A DNA stretch of 64,000 nt from Gemmatimonadota bacterium (GCA_046757845.1 JBHHYZ010000003.1:26628-90627), one strand, 5' to 3'. Shown: positions 46,951 to 57,812, counted from the stretch's first letter. The notes: generated by a model not told the origin, from the letters alone. A program made the numbers and translations.

Positions 46951-47338
46951 CCGAGACCTCGAACATGTAGCAGTGGGTTTCCTCCTGAGCTTTGCGGACG
47001 AGCCGCCGTACCAGATCTCGCAGGCCCATCTCCCGGTGAAACACGAAGTCGAGGAGCATGGGTAGGCTCACTCCCGTGAGCACCGCCGCATCGCCACAGT
47101 TTCCCGCCGCCAACCGCCCGCTGAACGCACAGCTCCCGCTCGAGAGGTCGACGAAGATGATCGCCGGTCCGTCGCCGACCGACGCCTCAATCCGGCGCCG
47201 GAACTCCTCCGGCCCCACCCCTTCGTTGCTGATCGGCACCAGCGCGCCCCGCACTCCCGCGATCGCCTCGACGGCCCTCACCAGCGCCTGGGCCAGATCC
47301 GAGTGCGCCACCACCACTCCCCTCACGACTTCACTCAT
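46925..47338 (-). CDS. PTS mannose family IIA component
   Basis: 'VVVAHSDLAQAL...IIFVDLSSGS' is EIIA-Man. Confidence 0.6.
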   Translation of the reverse strand: MSEVVRGVVVAHSDLAQALVRAVEAIAGVRGALVPISNEGVGPEEFRRRIEASVGDGPAIIFVDLSSGSCAFSGRLAAGNCGDAAVLTGVSLPMLLDFVFHREMGLRDLVRRLVRKAQEETHCYMFEVSGADRPVSH

Positions 47339-48290
47339 TGTCCTCTTCGAGGTATTCCCTCACGGGTCGGAGGAGACGCTGAAGATCGCGGTCGAACTGA
47401 GCCGCCGAATCCACACCTGAATAGCGAAGTAAGTGGTTCATTGCCACTACTTCTGAGATTACAGTAATGTTCTTTCCCGGGTTCAGCGGCACACACACCT
47501 TGGGAAGCTCCACGTCCAGAATCGTGCTCGTGTCCGCAGCGAGACCGGTCCGGTCGTAGGTCGCATCATCCCTCCAATCCTCCAACTGTACCACCACTTC
47601 GATTCGCTTCTGCTGCCGCACGGCGCGAATCCCGAACAGGGCCCGGACGTCGATGATGCCGATCCCGCGGATCTCCATGTGATGTCTCTGCAGCTCGTGC
47701 CCCCGGCCGATCAGCACGTCGTTCCCGCGACGCTGCACGAGCACCACGTCATCCGCCACCAGGCGGTGCCCGCGCTCGACCAGATCGAGGACGCACTCGC
47801 TCTTGCCGATTCCACTGCGGCCCAGAAACAGAAGCCCCACTCCAAACACATCTGCCAGGGAACCGTGGATCGCCGTGCGCGGCGCGAACTCGTCTTCCAG
47901 GTACGGCTTGATGCGCCGGTAGAAGTCCCCCGTCCGTAATCTCGTCCGAATCACCGGGATCGAGAACTGGGAGGCCACCTCAAGGAGGCCCGCCGGAGGC
48001 TCCAGGCCCTTGGTGATGATCACGCAGGGAACCTCCTTGTCGAGGACATGGGTCAGCGCGGCCCGTCGGTCTGATTCCGACAGGGAGCGCAGAAACGAGA
48101 TCTCCGTCTCGCCCAGCACCTGGATCCGGTCCGCCACGAAGCGTTCCGTGTAGCCGCCCAACGCGATCCCGGGGCTCGATAGATCGGGACGGTGGATCTC
48201 GCGGTCCAATCCCTGTTCGCCCGTCAGCAGCTCAAGCGAGATGATCTCCTTCTTGCGCTCCAGGAATTCCCGCACTCGAATCGAGGTCAC
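47331..48290 (-). CDS. hprK: HPr kinase/phosphorylase
   Basis: 'LLFLGRSGIGKSECVLDLVERGHRLVADD' Walker A and 'EIRGIGIIDV'. Likely GTG start near 48290. Confidence 0.85.
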   Translation of the reverse strand: MTSIRVREFLERKKEIISLELLTGEQGLDREIHRPDLSSPGIALGGYTERFVADRIQVLGETEISFLRSLSESDRRAALTHVLDKEVPCVIITKGLEPPAGLLEVASQFSIPVIRTRLRTGDFYRRIKPYLEDEFAPRTAIHGSLADVFGVGLLFLGRSGIGKSECVLDLVERGHRLVADDVVLVQRRGNDVLIGRGHELQRHHMEIRGIGIIDVRALFGIRAVRQQKRIEVVVQLEDWRDDATYDRTGLAADTSTILDVELPKVCVPLNPGKNITVISEVVAMNHLLRYSGVDSAAQFDRDLQRLLRPVREYLEEDNE

Positions 48291-48622
48291 GCCTCTTTTT
48301 CCTCGAACGCCATGACGTCCTTGGGTGGTCCCTGATGATCGCGCCGCCGCGTGCGTGAGCGGCGGAGCTGGCGGGCCAGCTTCTCGACCACGCGGTCCAA
48401 AGTGGTACGGAGATCCGGGCCTTCCTCGTGAGCGTTCACGCTCCCCGCCCCGGCCACCGTGACGTGCGCTTCGATCCGGTACACGTACCGTTCCTTCAGG
48501 AGCGTGACCTCCGCACGTTCCACTCTCGGCTCGAACCGGGCCAATCGTCTGAACTCTCGATGAATCACCTCCTCGAGAGCGTCGTTCACCTCGCAACGCC
48601 GAGCCGCCAGTATGATCTTCAT
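48287..48622 (-). CDS. hpf: ribosome hibernation promoting factor (sigma-54 modulation protein family)
   Basis: 'MKIILAARRCEVNDALEEVIHREF...RAEVTL...YRIEAHVTV'. Confidence 0.75.
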   Translation of the reverse strand: MKIILAARRCEVNDALEEVIHREFRRLARFEPRVERAEVTLLKERYVYRIEAHVTVAGAGSVNAHEEGPDLRTTLDRVVEKLARQLRRSRTRRRDHQGPPKDVMAFEEKEA

Positions 48623-48644
48623 CCCCTCCTCCTGATTCCCTCCG

Positions 48645-49754
48645 CTATCCGAGGCGCTGTCGCACCAGAGCCCGCTCGGTCTGGTCCGCCGCCTCCTCCC
48701 AGGAGAACCTGCGGGAGAACCGGATGGCTTCCCGGGACAGGCGCTGGCGCAACGAATCATCCCGGAAGATGCTTCCCAGAGCCGAGGCCCACCTCGTGGC
48801 ATCCGAATGCGGAACCAGATAGCCGGAGCTTCCGTCCCGAACCGATTCGCGAAGCCCCGGCGAGTCGCTCGCGACTGTCGGTGTTCCGCACGCGGCCGCC
48901 TCGACATTCGTGATGCCCCAGCCTTCCTTTGGCGAGGGATAGACGTTCACCCAGGCGCGGCGGAGCAATTCCAGTTTTCGTCCCTCGCTCACGAAGCCCA
49001 GAAACCGCACGTTGTCCGTCACTCCTTCTCGCCGGGCCACCCGATTCAGACGCACCCGATCGTCCCCCTGGCCGGCGATCAGGAAGCGAGCTTGCGGCCA
49101 TCTCTCCGTGAGCAACCGGAGCGCCCGAAACGTAACGTCCAATCCTTTGTACCGCTTCAGTCGGCCCACGTAGACGATCGTCGGCACCTCATACTTCTGG
49201 ACCTCCGGGTCGACGAAGAACCGGGAGTGGTCGATTCCCGGATAGATCACCGTCACGCGGGACCGCTCGAATCCCCGGCGCTCGAGATCGTCGGCCGTGC
49301 TTCTGGAGATCGCCTGCACGGGGGTCGACCGATACGCCGCCGGCATCAAACGCTCGGCCAGCCAGACCGTTCCCGCTACAGGCCAGCCGGCTTCCCGGAA
49401 CGCGGTCGCACCGAACAGGTGTGGGATGAGGGCCACGACCGGCGACTTCACCCACAGCGGTGTGAACAACGGCAGTTTGTTGATATCCTCGACCACGAGA
49501 TCGAATCGCTCCCGTTCGCGCAAACGCCGGTAGGCACTCCGGACACGAAGGGGAAACGTATGCCGCCCCCCCACGCGTCGGACGTCGAGACCGTCCACCC
49601 GGTCGGAGGCTGGAGCGCCCGGCCACCCGGACACGAGAAGCTGGACGCGGTGACCGCGGTCGGCGAGGCGCCGGAAGATCTCGTGCAGATGCACCTCAGC
49701 CCCTCCCGCCTGCGGGTTGAGGCGATCCTGCCAGTTGATCACCAGGATTCGCAA
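48645..49754 (-). CDS. glycosyltransferase family 4 (GT-B, group 1)
   Basis: 'MRILVINWQDRLNPQAGGAEVHLHEIFRRLADRGHRV' and the C-terminal 'EGWGITNVEAAACGTPTVA'. Confidence 0.75.
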   Translation of the reverse strand: MRILVINWQDRLNPQAGGAEVHLHEIFRRLADRGHRVQLLVSGWPGAPASDRVDGLDVRRVGGRHTFPLRVRSAYRRLRERERFDLVVEDINKLPLFTPLWVKSPVVALIPHLFGATAFREAGWPVAGTVWLAERLMPAAYRSTPVQAISRSTADDLERRGFERSRVTVIYPGIDHSRFFVDPEVQKYEVPTIVYVGRLKRYKGLDVTFRALRLLTERWPQARFLIAGQGDDRVRLNRVARREGVTDNVRFLGFVSEGRKLELLRRAWVNVYPSPKEGWGITNVEAAACGTPTVASDSPGLRESVRDGSSGYLVPHSDATRWASALGSIFRDDSLRQRLSREAIRFSRRFSWEEAADQTERALVRQRLG

Positions 49755-49787
49755 TCGTGCATCCGGGTCAGCCAGGGACGGGTCCGG

Positions 49788-50213
49788 TCAATCGAGCGAC
49801 GCGAGCTCGCGGTAGATGGCGTCCAGAACGCCGTTGACGAAACGGGCGCTCTCGGCACCTCCATACTTTTCCGCCAACCGCATCGCCTCGTGGATTGCGA
49901 CCTTGGGTGGCACCGAGTCGGAGCAAAGCAGCTCCGCCGTGCCGATGCGTAGCACATTACGGTCGATCACCGCTAGCCGATCCAGATGCCAGTTGGCCAT
50001 CTGTGCCTCCAGCCGCGCATCGATCTCTCCCAGGTGCTGATCGATCCAGCTCAACAACTCTTCGATATGGGGCCGGTACCGGTGCCCGGGCCGCCGCCGG
50101 GCCATGACCCGCCGAGCGTAAGCCGCCGGAGACTCCTCGTCGCTCAGGTCCCACCCATACAGCAACTGGAGAACCCAGCTCCGAGCCCGAGTCCGAGGGT
50201 GCGAGGGCTTCAT
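49788..50213 (-). CDS. nusB: transcription antitermination factor NusB
   Basis: 'RSWVLQLLYGWDL' and 'DRLAVIDRNVLRIGTAELL'. Confidence 0.8.
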   Translation of the reverse strand: MKPSHPRTRARSWVLQLLYGWDLSDEESPAAYARRVMARRRPGHRYRPHIEELLSWIDQHLGEIDARLEAQMANWHLDRLAVIDRNVLRIGTAELLCSDSVPPKVAIHEAMRLAEKYGGAESARFVNGVLDAIYRELASLD

Positions 50214-50282
50214 TTCGGTCCTATCTCCGCCGGCCGCCTACGGAGGCTCGGAAGCCGACGGGCCATGGATTTCGGCGGATTC

Positions 50283-50750
50283 TCAGCTGCCACCCAGCTG
50301 CCGTAGCAGATCACACATCTCCAGAGCCGCCAGCGCGGCTTCCGCCCCCAGATCACCGACCTGCCCGCCCGCCCTGGCGATCGCCTGAGCGAGCGTCTCC
50401 GTGGTCAGTACGCCGAAGGCGATGGGGGTATCCTGGGACAGCGCCAGTGAGGTGAGGCCTCGAGTCACGGACGCACAGATCTGATCGAAGTGGGCCGTCT
50501 CCCCCCGCACCACGCACCCCAGGGCCACGATCCCGTCGTATCCCGCTTCCGCCGCCCTGCGCACCGCCGCCACGATCTCCCAGGCGCCGGGAACCGATAC
50601 CACGTCGAGATCCTCTTCCGCGACCCCGGCCGCCAGCAACGTGGCACGCGCGCTCTCCAGAAGACGTTCGGTGACCATGGGATTGAACCGGCTGACGACC
50701 ACGCAGATCCGTCGCCCTTGCCCGACACGCCGGCCCCGGTACTCGACCAC
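50283..50750 (-). CDS. ribH: 6,7-dimethyl-8-ribityllumazine synthase
   Basis: 'RICVVVSRFNPMVTERLLESA' and 'VPGAWEI'. Confidence 0.9.
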   Translation of the reverse strand: MVEYRGRRVGQGRRICVVVSRFNPMVTERLLESARATLLAAGVAEEDLDVVSVPGAWEIVAAVRRAAEAGYDGIVALGCVVRGETAHFDQICASVTRGLTSLALSQDTPIAFGVLTTETLAQAIARAGGQVGDLGAEAALAALEMCDLLRQLGGS

Positions 50751-50753
50751 CCT

Positions 50754-51980
50754 TCAGGGGGATCCGATCAAATGGCCCAGCTTGTCGCGCTTCGCCGCCA
50801 GGTAGTCGCGGCTGCGAACCGTGGGGTGGATCTCCAGGGGCACGCGTTCGCTGATTCGCAGCCCGAAGCCCTCCAAACCGGACAGCTTCTTCGGGTTGTT
50901 GGTCATGATCCGGATCGAACGCAGGCCTAGATCCACCAGAATCTGAGCGCCGATGCCGTAGTTGCGAAGATCCGGAGGGAAGCCAAGCGCCTCGTTCGCC
51001 TCCACCGTATCCTGCCCACCGTCCTGCAGCTCGTACGCGCGCAGCTTGTTGATCAGGCCGATTCCCCTCCCTTCCTGATCCAAGTAGACCACCACGCCGG
51101 CTCCTTCTTCGACGATTCGCCGCATGGCGGCGTCGAGTTGGGCTCCGCAGTCGCAGCGGGCCGAATGGAACACATCCCCGGTGAGACATTTCGAGTGCAC
51201 TCGCACCAGCACATCTTCCAGCTTGCCGACATCTCCCCGCACCAGAGCCACGTGTTCGCGGGAGTCCACATCGTTCCGGTAACCCAAGATCCGGAACTCG
51301 CCCCATGGAGTGGGGAGCGCCGCCTCCGCAACCCGATGCACGAGCCGCTCGGTCTTGAGCCGCCGCGCTACGATCTGGGCCACGGTCACGAACGGAATCC
51401 CGTGCCGCCTCGAGAATTCCGTCAGCTGCGGGCGCCGGGCCATTGTACCATCCGGGTTGAGGATCTCGCAGATGACCCCCGCCGGTTGGAGACCCGCCAT
51501 TCGCGCCAGATCCACCGACGCTTCCGTCTGACCCACTCTCTGCAACACACCGCCTGGCCGGGCCCGAAGCGGGAACACATGTCCGGGGCGCAGGAGATCC
51601 GAAGGCCGCGCATCGGGCCGCACCGCGACTTCGATCGTGCGGGCCCTGTCGTAGGCGCTGATCCCCGTCGTGACTCCGAACTCCGGCCGTGCGTCGATCG
51701 AGACGGTGAACGCCGTCCCCCGCGTGTCGGAGCGACGTCCGTCCGACATGAAGCGAAGGTCCAGCCGATCCGCGATCTCGTCACACAGGGTGAGACAGAT
51801 CAGCCCCCGACCGTGCGTGGCCATGAAGTTGATGGCCTCCGGCGTGACTTTCTCCGCCGCGCAAACCAGGTCTCCCTCGTTCTCGCGGCGCTCGTCATCC
51901 GCGATGATCACAAGATCGCCCCGCGCCATCGCGGCGATCGCCTCCCGTGCCGCTGTATCCGCATCCCGGGTCTCAGACAT
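50754..51980 (-). CDS. ribBA: bifunctional 3,4-dihydroxy-2-butanone-4-phosphate synthase / GTP cyclohydrolase II
   Basis: '[12 protein letters not shown]' (DHBP synthase) and '[21 protein letters not shown]' (GCH II zinc site). Confidence 0.9.
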   Translation of the reverse strand: MSETRDADTAAREAIAAMARGDLVIIADDERRENEGDLVCAAEKVTPEAINFMATHGRGLICLTLCDEIADRLDLRFMSDGRRSDTRGTAFTVSIDARPEFGVTTGISAYDRARTIEVAVRPDARPSDLLRPGHVFPLRARPGGVLQRVGQTEASVDLARMAGLQPAGVICEILNPDGTMARRPQLTEFSRRHGIPFVTVAQIVARRLKTERLVHRVAEAALPTPWGEFRILGYRNDVDSREHVALVRGDVGKLEDVLVRVHSKCLTGDVFHSARCDCGAQLDAAMRRIVEEGAGVVVYLDQEGRGIGLINKLRAYELQDGGQDTVEANEALGFPPDLRNYGIGAQILVDLGLRSIRIMTNNPKKLSGLEGFGLRISERVPLEIHPTVRSRDYLAAKRDKLGHLIGSP

Positions 51981-52629
51981 CGTCCGTCGCCTTTCCCTGC
52001 GCCTCCTCGCCGCTGCCAGACCCTCTCCCCCGGTCTCTCGAGTACGGCCCGAGCAGCCTATTCACGTACCTGGCGAGCACGTCGGCCTCCACATTCACGA
52101 GGGCGCCTTCGTGCAGGCGATCCATGGCGGTGTGCTCCCATGTATACGGAATGATCGCAAACTCTGCGACATCCCGCTCCAGCCCCTTCACCGTGAGGCT
52201 GACTCCATCGATGGCCAGCGAGCCCAATTCCACGGTGAGATGGGCTACCTCCACCGGGATTCGAACCCGGAGTCGCACGGTCTCCTCCTCCCGACCCAGC
52301 TCGACGACTTCACCCACGCCATCCACATGCCCCTGGACCAGGTGCCCTCCCAGCGGATCGCCTGCCCGCAGGGCTCGCTCCAGGTTCACCCTCCGCCCCA
52401 TGTCGTACCCCGCCAGCGTGGTGCGATCCAGCGTGGACCGCACGGATTCCACCCGGAAGCCCGCCTCCCCGTGCCAGGTGACGGTCAGGCACACGCCGTC
52501 CACCGCCACGCTCTCCCCCGCAAGGAGCTCGCGCGCGAACCGAGGGGCTTCGAGCTCGAAGCTCAGGCCGTCACCGATCTCTTCTCTCCCCGCCACCGTC
52601 CCGACACCCTGGATCAGGCCGGTGAACAT
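51973..52629 (-). CDS. ribE: riboflavin synthase alpha subunit
   Basis: '[12 protein letters not shown]' and the repeated lumazine-binding halves 'VDGVCLTV'/'IDGVSLTV'. Confidence 0.85.
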   Translation of the reverse strand: MFTGLIQGVGTVAGREEIGDGLSFELEAPRFARELLAGESVAVDGVCLTVTWHGEAGFRVESVRSTLDRTTLAGYDMGRRVNLERALRAGDPLGGHLVQGHVDGVGEVVELGREEETVRLRVRIPVEVAHLTVELGSLAIDGVSLTVKGLERDVAEFAIIPYTWEHTAMDRLHEGALVNVEADVLARYVNRLLGPYSRDRGRGSGSGEEAQGKATDDV

Positions 52630-52636
52630 GCCGACC

Positions 52637-53797
52637 TCAAGGCTTCGCCCGCGCCGAGGGGGAGCGTTCCAGGATGAGCAGTGTGTCCTCGCCCAACGTC
52701 TGGCGATCCACCGGCCGCCACTCGCCGCGCGCGATCGGATCCAGGCCCGGGAAGCCCTCGACTCCCTCCGTCCCGAAGAAAACCGGCGCAATGATCAGGT
52801 ACAGCCGTTGGACCAGGTCCTCCCGAAGCAGGGAGGCGGTCAGCCGCCCGCCTCCCTCCACCAGAACGGAGGTCAGGCCCTCCTCGCCCAGCCGGCGCCA
52901 CGTTTCCCGCAGGTCCAGCTTCCCGTCCCCTCCGCGAGACACCCGGAGAACCCGCGCACCGCCACTCTCCGGCGCGGGGCGCTGCCTGCCGCCCGCGCCC
53001 CGTGTCGCGATCAACCACAGGGGCGCCGCCTCCACTGAGCGGAGGAGAGCCGAGTCGGAGCCGAGTCGGAGCTCCGGATCCAGCACGATGCGAACGGGTG
53101 CGCGGCGCGGCGCGGGCGAGCAACGGGCCGTGAGCAAAGGATCGTCGACGCGCGCCGTTCGGCCTCCCACCAGAATCGCATCGAACCCGGCGCGCAGCCG
53201 GTGAACCATCCTGGCCGCCACCTCCCCCGACACGGCCGTGCGTGTGCCGTCTCGAGCCGCCAGCCGGGCGTCCAGCGACAGGGCGAGCTTGAGAGCCGTG
53301 AACGGCGTGGCGTGCGCGTGCCACCACAGGAAGGCGGCGTTCACCCGCCGGGCGGGCTCCTCCTCCATACCCAGATCCACGCGGACGCCGGCCTCGCGTA
53401 ACCGCTCCACTCCACCTCCAGCCTCCGGATGAGGATCGCGGCAGGCGACCACCACGCGATCCACCCCGGCTTTCAGGATGGCCCGGGTACAGGGAGGCGT
53501 CTTGCCGACGTGCGTGCAGGGTTCGAGAGTGACGTACAGGGTGGCTCCCGACGCGCGCTCGCCGGCCTCGCGAAGCGCCACCACCTCCGCATGGTCCCCG
53601 CCGTACTCCGCATGGTAGCCCTCACCCACGATGCGACCGTCGTGTACCACGACCGCGCCGACCAGAGGGTTCGGCGACACCCTTCCCCACCCACGCTCCG
53701 CCAAGCTCACCGCCCGCCTCATGAACGCCGCATCCGCTCCGACGTGCCGCTCCTCTTCTCGAGTGGCCGACCCCGAACCCCCTGCCACGCGGCTCAT
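52637..53797 (-). CDS. ribD: bifunctional riboflavin biosynthesis deaminase/reductase
   Basis: 'HAEVVAL...[18 protein letters not shown]' (CDA zinc motif) plus a C-terminal reductase domain. Confidence 0.85.
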   Translation of the reverse strand: MSRVAGGSGSATREEERHVGADAAFMRRAVSLAERGWGRVSPNPLVGAVVVHDGRIVGEGYHAEYGGDHAEVVALREAGERASGATLYVTLEPCTHVGKTPPCTRAILKAGVDRVVVACRDPHPEAGGGVERLREAGVRVDLGMEEEPARRVNAAFLWWHAHATPFTALKLALSLDARLAARDGTRTAVSGEVAARMVHRLRAGFDAILVGGRTARVDDPLLTARCSPAPRRAPVRIVLDPELRLGSDSALLRSVEAAPLWLIATRGAGGRQRPAPESGGARVLRVSRGGDGKLDLRETWRRLGEEGLTSVLVEGGGRLTASLLREDLVQRLYLIIAPVFFGTEGVEGFPGLDPIARGEWRPVDRQTLGEDTLLILERSPSARAKP

Positions 53798-54822
53798 GTC
53801 CGCCCCACCAGGTGCACCCGACCACTACCGGACACCAGTTCCCCGCAGATCCACGCCGCGCAGCCACCTTCGGTCAACCCGTCCACCATGGCCGCGGCGT
53901 GTTCTGGACGGCAGACCGCGATCATGCCCACTCCCATGTTGAATGTCCGGTAGAGCTCAGCGGTCGAAGCGGCGCTGCGCTCCGCCAGAAAGCGGAATTC
54001 CGCCGGAGGATCCCAGCTCGCGAGATTCACTCGGGCATCCAGATCCGAAGGCAGGATTCTCTTCAGGTTTCCCGGAATGCCGCCGCCCGTCACATGCGCC
54101 AGGGCATGGACCGTCCCCTGTTCGAGATACCCGCGAAGCGCCTTCAGATACGAACGATGAGGCCTCAGAAGGACCTGGCCCACGCTCGCATCCGCACCGG
54201 GATACTCATCCTCCACGCCCAGCCCGAGTCGCTCGAAGATCAGTTCCCGCGCGAAGCTGAACCCGTTCGTGTGCAATCCGCTCGAGGCGAGGGCAACCAG
54301 GTGAAAACCGTCTTCTAGCGCTCGCCGCGCGATTTCCTCGAACACGAGCCGGCCCACCACGAAGCCGGCCAAGTCGTACTCTCCCTCGGCGTAGAAGTCC
54401 GGCATTTCCGCCGTTTCTCCGCCCAACAGCGCGCACTCGTTCTCCCGACACCCTCGGGCGAGCCCGGAGATCACCTCGAGCGCCACTCGACTCTGAAGCT
54501 CTCCGCAAGCGAAGTAATCCAGGAAGAACAGGGGAGACGCCCCCTCCGCGAGAATGTCGTTGATGCAGTGGTTGACCAGGTCCTCTCCCACGGTATCGTG
54601 CCGCCCCGCACGAAACGCGACCTTGAGCTTGGTGCCCACGCCGTCGGCGCTGGCGACCAAGATGTCTCCGCCGATGGCGAACCGTCCGCCGAACGACCCG
54701 AACTCCGAGCGGACCCCCGACGTTCGGGTCGAGTCCACGAGAGACCGCAGCCGCTCCTTCAGGCGGTCCGCCTCGTCGAGATCCACCCCTGCCATCCGGT
54801 AGGTGAGTCCGCCGTCGCTCAC
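53794..54822 (-). CDS. purM: phosphoribosylformylglycinamidine cyclo-ligase (AIR synthase)
   Basis: 'ASADGVGTKLKVA' and 'DITGGG'-type 'VTGGGIPGNL'. Confidence 0.9.
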   Translation of the reverse strand: MSDGGLTYRMAGVDLDEADRLKERLRSLVDSTRTSGVRSEFGSFGGRFAIGGDILVASADGVGTKLKVAFRAGRHDTVGEDLVNHCINDILAEGASPLFFLDYFACGELQSRVALEVISGLARGCRENECALLGGETAEMPDFYAEGEYDLAGFVVGRLVFEEIARRALEDGFHLVALASSGLHTNGFSFARELIFERLGLGVEDEYPGADASVGQVLLRPHRSYLKALRGYLEQGTVHALAHVTGGGIPGNLKRILPSDLDARVNLASWDPPAEFRFLAERSAASTAELYRTFNMGVGMIAVCRPEHAAAMVDGLTEGGCAAWICGELVSGSGRVHLVGRT

Positions 54823-54847
54823 GGGCCTATACTTCCGGCCACGTCGT

Positions 54848-55798
54848 TCACCCCTCCACGACAGCCGCGGTCTCGAAACGAGTCATTCGGTGGAAGCTGG
54901 CAACCCTTGCCTCGACCTCCGCCATCCGCACGTCCGCCAGCCGCCGAGGACCGAACGCCTCGCACGCGAAGGAGCCGAGAGCGCAGCCGTAAACGACCGC
55001 CCTGCGGAGATCCTCGGGTTGCGTGAGCCCCGTTCCGGCCAGGTATCCGAGCAACCCGCCCGCGAAGGCGTCGCCAGCGCCCGTAGGATCGAACACATCC
55101 TCCAGAGGATAGCCTGGACAGAAGAAGATCTCGTCCCCCGAGACCAGCACGGCGCCGTGCTCGCCCTTCTTGATGGCCACGTGACGAGGTCCGTGAGCCT
55201 GGATCCACCGGGCCGCCCGGGCCAGGTTGTGGTCCCCGCTGAGCTCGCGGGCCTCGGCATCGTTGACCACCAGCATGTCGATCCGTTCCAGCACCTCGAG
55301 CAGCGCGTCCAGCGCTCCCTCGATCCAGTAGTTCATCGTGTCGCACACCACCAGATCCGGCCGTTGAACCTGATCCAGGACCCGGAGTTGCAGCACCGGA
55401 TCGATATTGCCGAGGAAGACCCAGCGGGACGAACGGTAGTCTCGCGGGATGACCGGCTCGAAATCCGCGAACACGCCCAGCTCCGTGCTCAGCGTCTCCC
55501 GCGCGCTCAGGTCGTAGTTGTAGACTCCCGCCCAGCGAAAGCTCCGTCCCTGCCGCCGCTCGAGTCCTGCGAGGTCCACTCCGCGGGCCCGAAGGAAGTC
55601 CAGGCGGTCCATGGGATAGTCTTCACCCACCACGCCGCACAACTGTACCGGCGCGAACAGCGACGCGGCGGAGCTGAAGTAGACGGCGGAGCCCCCCAAC
55701 ACCTCTTCCGACCGATCGAACGGGGTCTCCACAGCGTCCAGCGCGACACTTCCAACCACCAGGATCTCGTTCACGTAGTGCCCCCCGTCCGCTGGCAT
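54848..55798 (-). CDS. PfkB-family carbohydrate/nucleoside kinase
   Basis: 'ILVVGSVALD' and 'DPTGAGDAFAGGLL' are the PfkB signatures. Specificity is not determinable from sequence alone. Confidence 0.7.
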   Translation of the reverse strand: MPADGGHYVNEILVVGSVALDAVETPFDRSEEVLGGSAVYFSSAASLFAPVQLCGVVGEDYPMDRLDFLRARGVDLAGLERRQGRSFRWAGVYNYDLSARETLSTELGVFADFEPVIPRDYRSSRWVFLGNIDPVLQLRVLDQVQRPDLVVCDTMNYWIEGALDALLEVLERIDMLVVNDAEARELSGDHNLARAARWIQAHGPRHVAIKKGEHGAVLVSGDEIFFCPGYPLEDVFDPTGAGDAFAGGLLGYLAGTGLTQPEDLRRAVVYGCALGSFACEAFGPRRLADVRMAEVEARVASFHRMTRFETAAVVEG

Positions 55799-57513
55799 GC
55801 ACCTGATTTCCTCTCTCCCTCATCGCGAAGCATCGCGCGTGGAGCGTCGAGTCCCAGCAATCCCAAGCCGTTGCGAAGGGTGATCTGCGTGGCCCGCGCC
55901 AGCTTGAGGCGACCGTTTCGAGTCGGCCCTTCAGCCAGAATCCGCGCGTCCCGATTCAGATTCCCTTCATGATACCAGCCGTTGACGAGGTTCGCCGTCT
56001 CTTCCAGGTACGTGCAGACCTGATGGGGCGCCCGGGCCTCGGCGGCCGAGCGGACTACCTCGGGAAAACGCAACAACGCCTTGGCCACCCGTCGTTCCGC
56101 CTCGGTATCGAGCCGCTCGAGTCCGTCGCGAGTGGCGGACAGACTCCGAACGTCCACCTGTCCTCTGGCGAACACGCTGCACATCCGGGCGTGGGCGTAC
56201 TGTACCCGGTAGACCGGATTCGCCTCTGAAGTGTCCAGTGCCAGGTCCAGATCGAAGTTCAGCTGCGCCTCCGCCCGTCTCATCAGGAAGAAGTACCGCG
56301 CCACATCCCTGCCGGTCTCCTCGAGCAACTCTCTGAGCGCGACGAAGGTGCCCGCTCGCTTGCTCATCTTCGCCTCCACTCCGGCCCTGAGGACGCGGAC
56401 CAGTTGGAGGATCACCACCTCCAGGAAATCCGGCAGCCCGAGGGCGGAGAGGGCGGCCTGCATCCGACGAACGTGGCTGTGGTGGTCGGCCCCCCAGATG
56501 TCGATTGCCCGATCGAAGCCGCGCTCCGCTTTGTCCACGTGGTAGCCGATGTCGGGGGCGAAGTACGTGTACGAGCCGTCGCGTTTGACCAGGACTCGAT
56601 CCTTCTCGTCGCCCAGCTCCGCCGTCTTCAGCCATACGGCCCCATCGCGCTCGTACGTGAGCCCTTCCGCCTCCAGTTGGCGCAGCACGGACTCGATTCG
56701 GCGCTCCGAGTACAGGTCGCTCTCCCGTCGGAACACGTCCATCTTGACGCCGAACCGCTCCAGATCCCGCTCTTGACCCTCCCGAAGCGCGGCGACGGCC
56801 CGATCCCGGAACAGAGCCAGTCGCTCCTCCCGATGCATGGACTCCAGTCGGCTAGGCCCCTCCCGCTCGGCAATCTCGTCCGCCAGCTCCGCGACGTATT
56901 CACCGTGGTACCCACCTTCGGGAACGGCCCCCGCGATCCCGCGGCGCTCCTGGAAGCGCGCCTCGATGGATTCCGCCAGGAGATCCACCTGCCGTCCCGC
57001 GTCGTTCACATAGAACTCTCGGCTGACCTCGTGGCCCGTCCATTCCAGGAGAGACGCGATCGCGTCGCCGAGAGCCGCACCCCGGCCATGAGCGACATGA
57101 AGCGGGCCGGTGGGATTGGCCGACACGAACTCCACGTTGACCTTCTCCGGCTCCGGCGTCCGACTCCGCCCCCAGGCACGATCCGCGGCCAGGATGCTGG
57201 CCACCTCTTCCCAGATGAGCGCATCCGCCACACGGAAATTCAGAAACCCCGGACCCGCCACCTCGACCGTGGCCACCCTCCGGGCTCTCCGATCGAAGGC
57301 GCGCGCGATGCGCTCGGCCAGGACTCTGGGCGGAGTACCGAGACCACGGGCCAGCACCAGGGCCGCATTCGTCGCGTAGTCCCCATGCTGCGGGTCTCTG
57401 GGGCGCTCCAGCACCGGCTCGAAGCCCGGCGGTCCGCCGATCTCTTCGAGGACCCGTTCGAGCTCCCGAAGCAGCGCGGTCTGACCGGAAGATCGCGACC
57501 GGACCTCGGTCAT
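55771..57513 (-). CDS. argS: arginine--tRNA ligase
   Basis: 'FVSANPTGPLHVAHGRGAALGD' (HIGH) and 'KMSKRAG' (KMSKS). Start at the internal 'MTEVRSRSSGQ'. Confidence 0.85.
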   Translation of the reverse strand: MTEVRSRSSGQTALLRELERVLEEIGGPPGFEPVLERPRDPQHGDYATNAALVLARGLGTPPRVLAERIARAFDRRARRVATVEVAGPGFLNFRVADALIWEEVASILAADRAWGRSRTPEPEKVNVEFVSANPTGPLHVAHGRGAALGDAIASLLEWTGHEVSREFYVNDAGRQVDLLAESIEARFQERRGIAGAVPEGGYHGEYVAELADEIAEREGPSRLESMHREERLALFRDRAVAALREGQERDLERFGVKMDVFRRESDLYSERRIESVLRQLEAEGLTYERDGAVWLKTAELGDEKDRVLVKRDGSYTYFAPDIGYHVDKAERGFDRAIDIWGADHHSHVRRMQAALSALGLPDFLEVVILQLVRVLRAGVEAKMSKRAGTFVALRELLEETGRDVARYFFLMRRAEAQLNFDLDLALDTSEANPVYRVQYAHARMCSVFARGQVDVRSLSATRDGLERLDTEAERRVAKALLRFPEVVRSAAEARAPHQVCTYLEETANLVNGWYHEGNLNRDARILAEGPTRNGRLKLARATQITLRNGLGLLGLDAPRAMLRDEGERKSGACQRTGGTT

Positions 57514-57812
57514 TCGTCGCTCCCCGAGCTTCCCTCGGAGCTCGACGCCTTCTTCTCTTCGCCCGCCGGCTTCCCCTCCGCATCCCCTCCCGACTCGGCT
57601 GAGCGCCTCTTCCCGCTCGGGCTCGATTCCTTCCGGTAATCCGTGGCGTAGAAGCCGGGGCCCTTGAACACGATACCCCCTCCGGTGGAGATCAGGCGCT
57701 CCGCCTCCTCCTTCCCGCATGCCGGGCACTCCCGAATCGGATCATCCGATATCCTCTGGAATCGTTCGAACTCATGGCCGCACGCTCCACACCGGTACTC
57801 GTATGTCGGCAT
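57510..57812 (-). CDS. FmdB-family zinc-ribbon protein
   Basis: 'MPTYEYRCGACGHEFE...CPACG'. Confidence 0.6.
   Translation of the reverse strand: MPTYEYRCGACGHEFERFQRISDDPIRECPACGKEEAERLISTGGGIVFKGPGFYATDYRKESSPSGKRRSAESGGDAEGKPAGEEKKASSSEGSSGSDE

Noticed and set aside
53723-53793. Possible FMN riboswitch upstream of ribD
   Set aside because: The gap is at most 70 nt and lacks the FMN aptamer conserved segments. purM and ribD are probably co-transcribed.
55771-55798. 28-nt overlap between argS 3' end and the PfkB kinase start
   Set aside because: It is most simply explained by the kinase starting at the downstream GTG ('VNEILVVGS', about 55774) with a 4-nt overlap. Not evidence of a frameshift.
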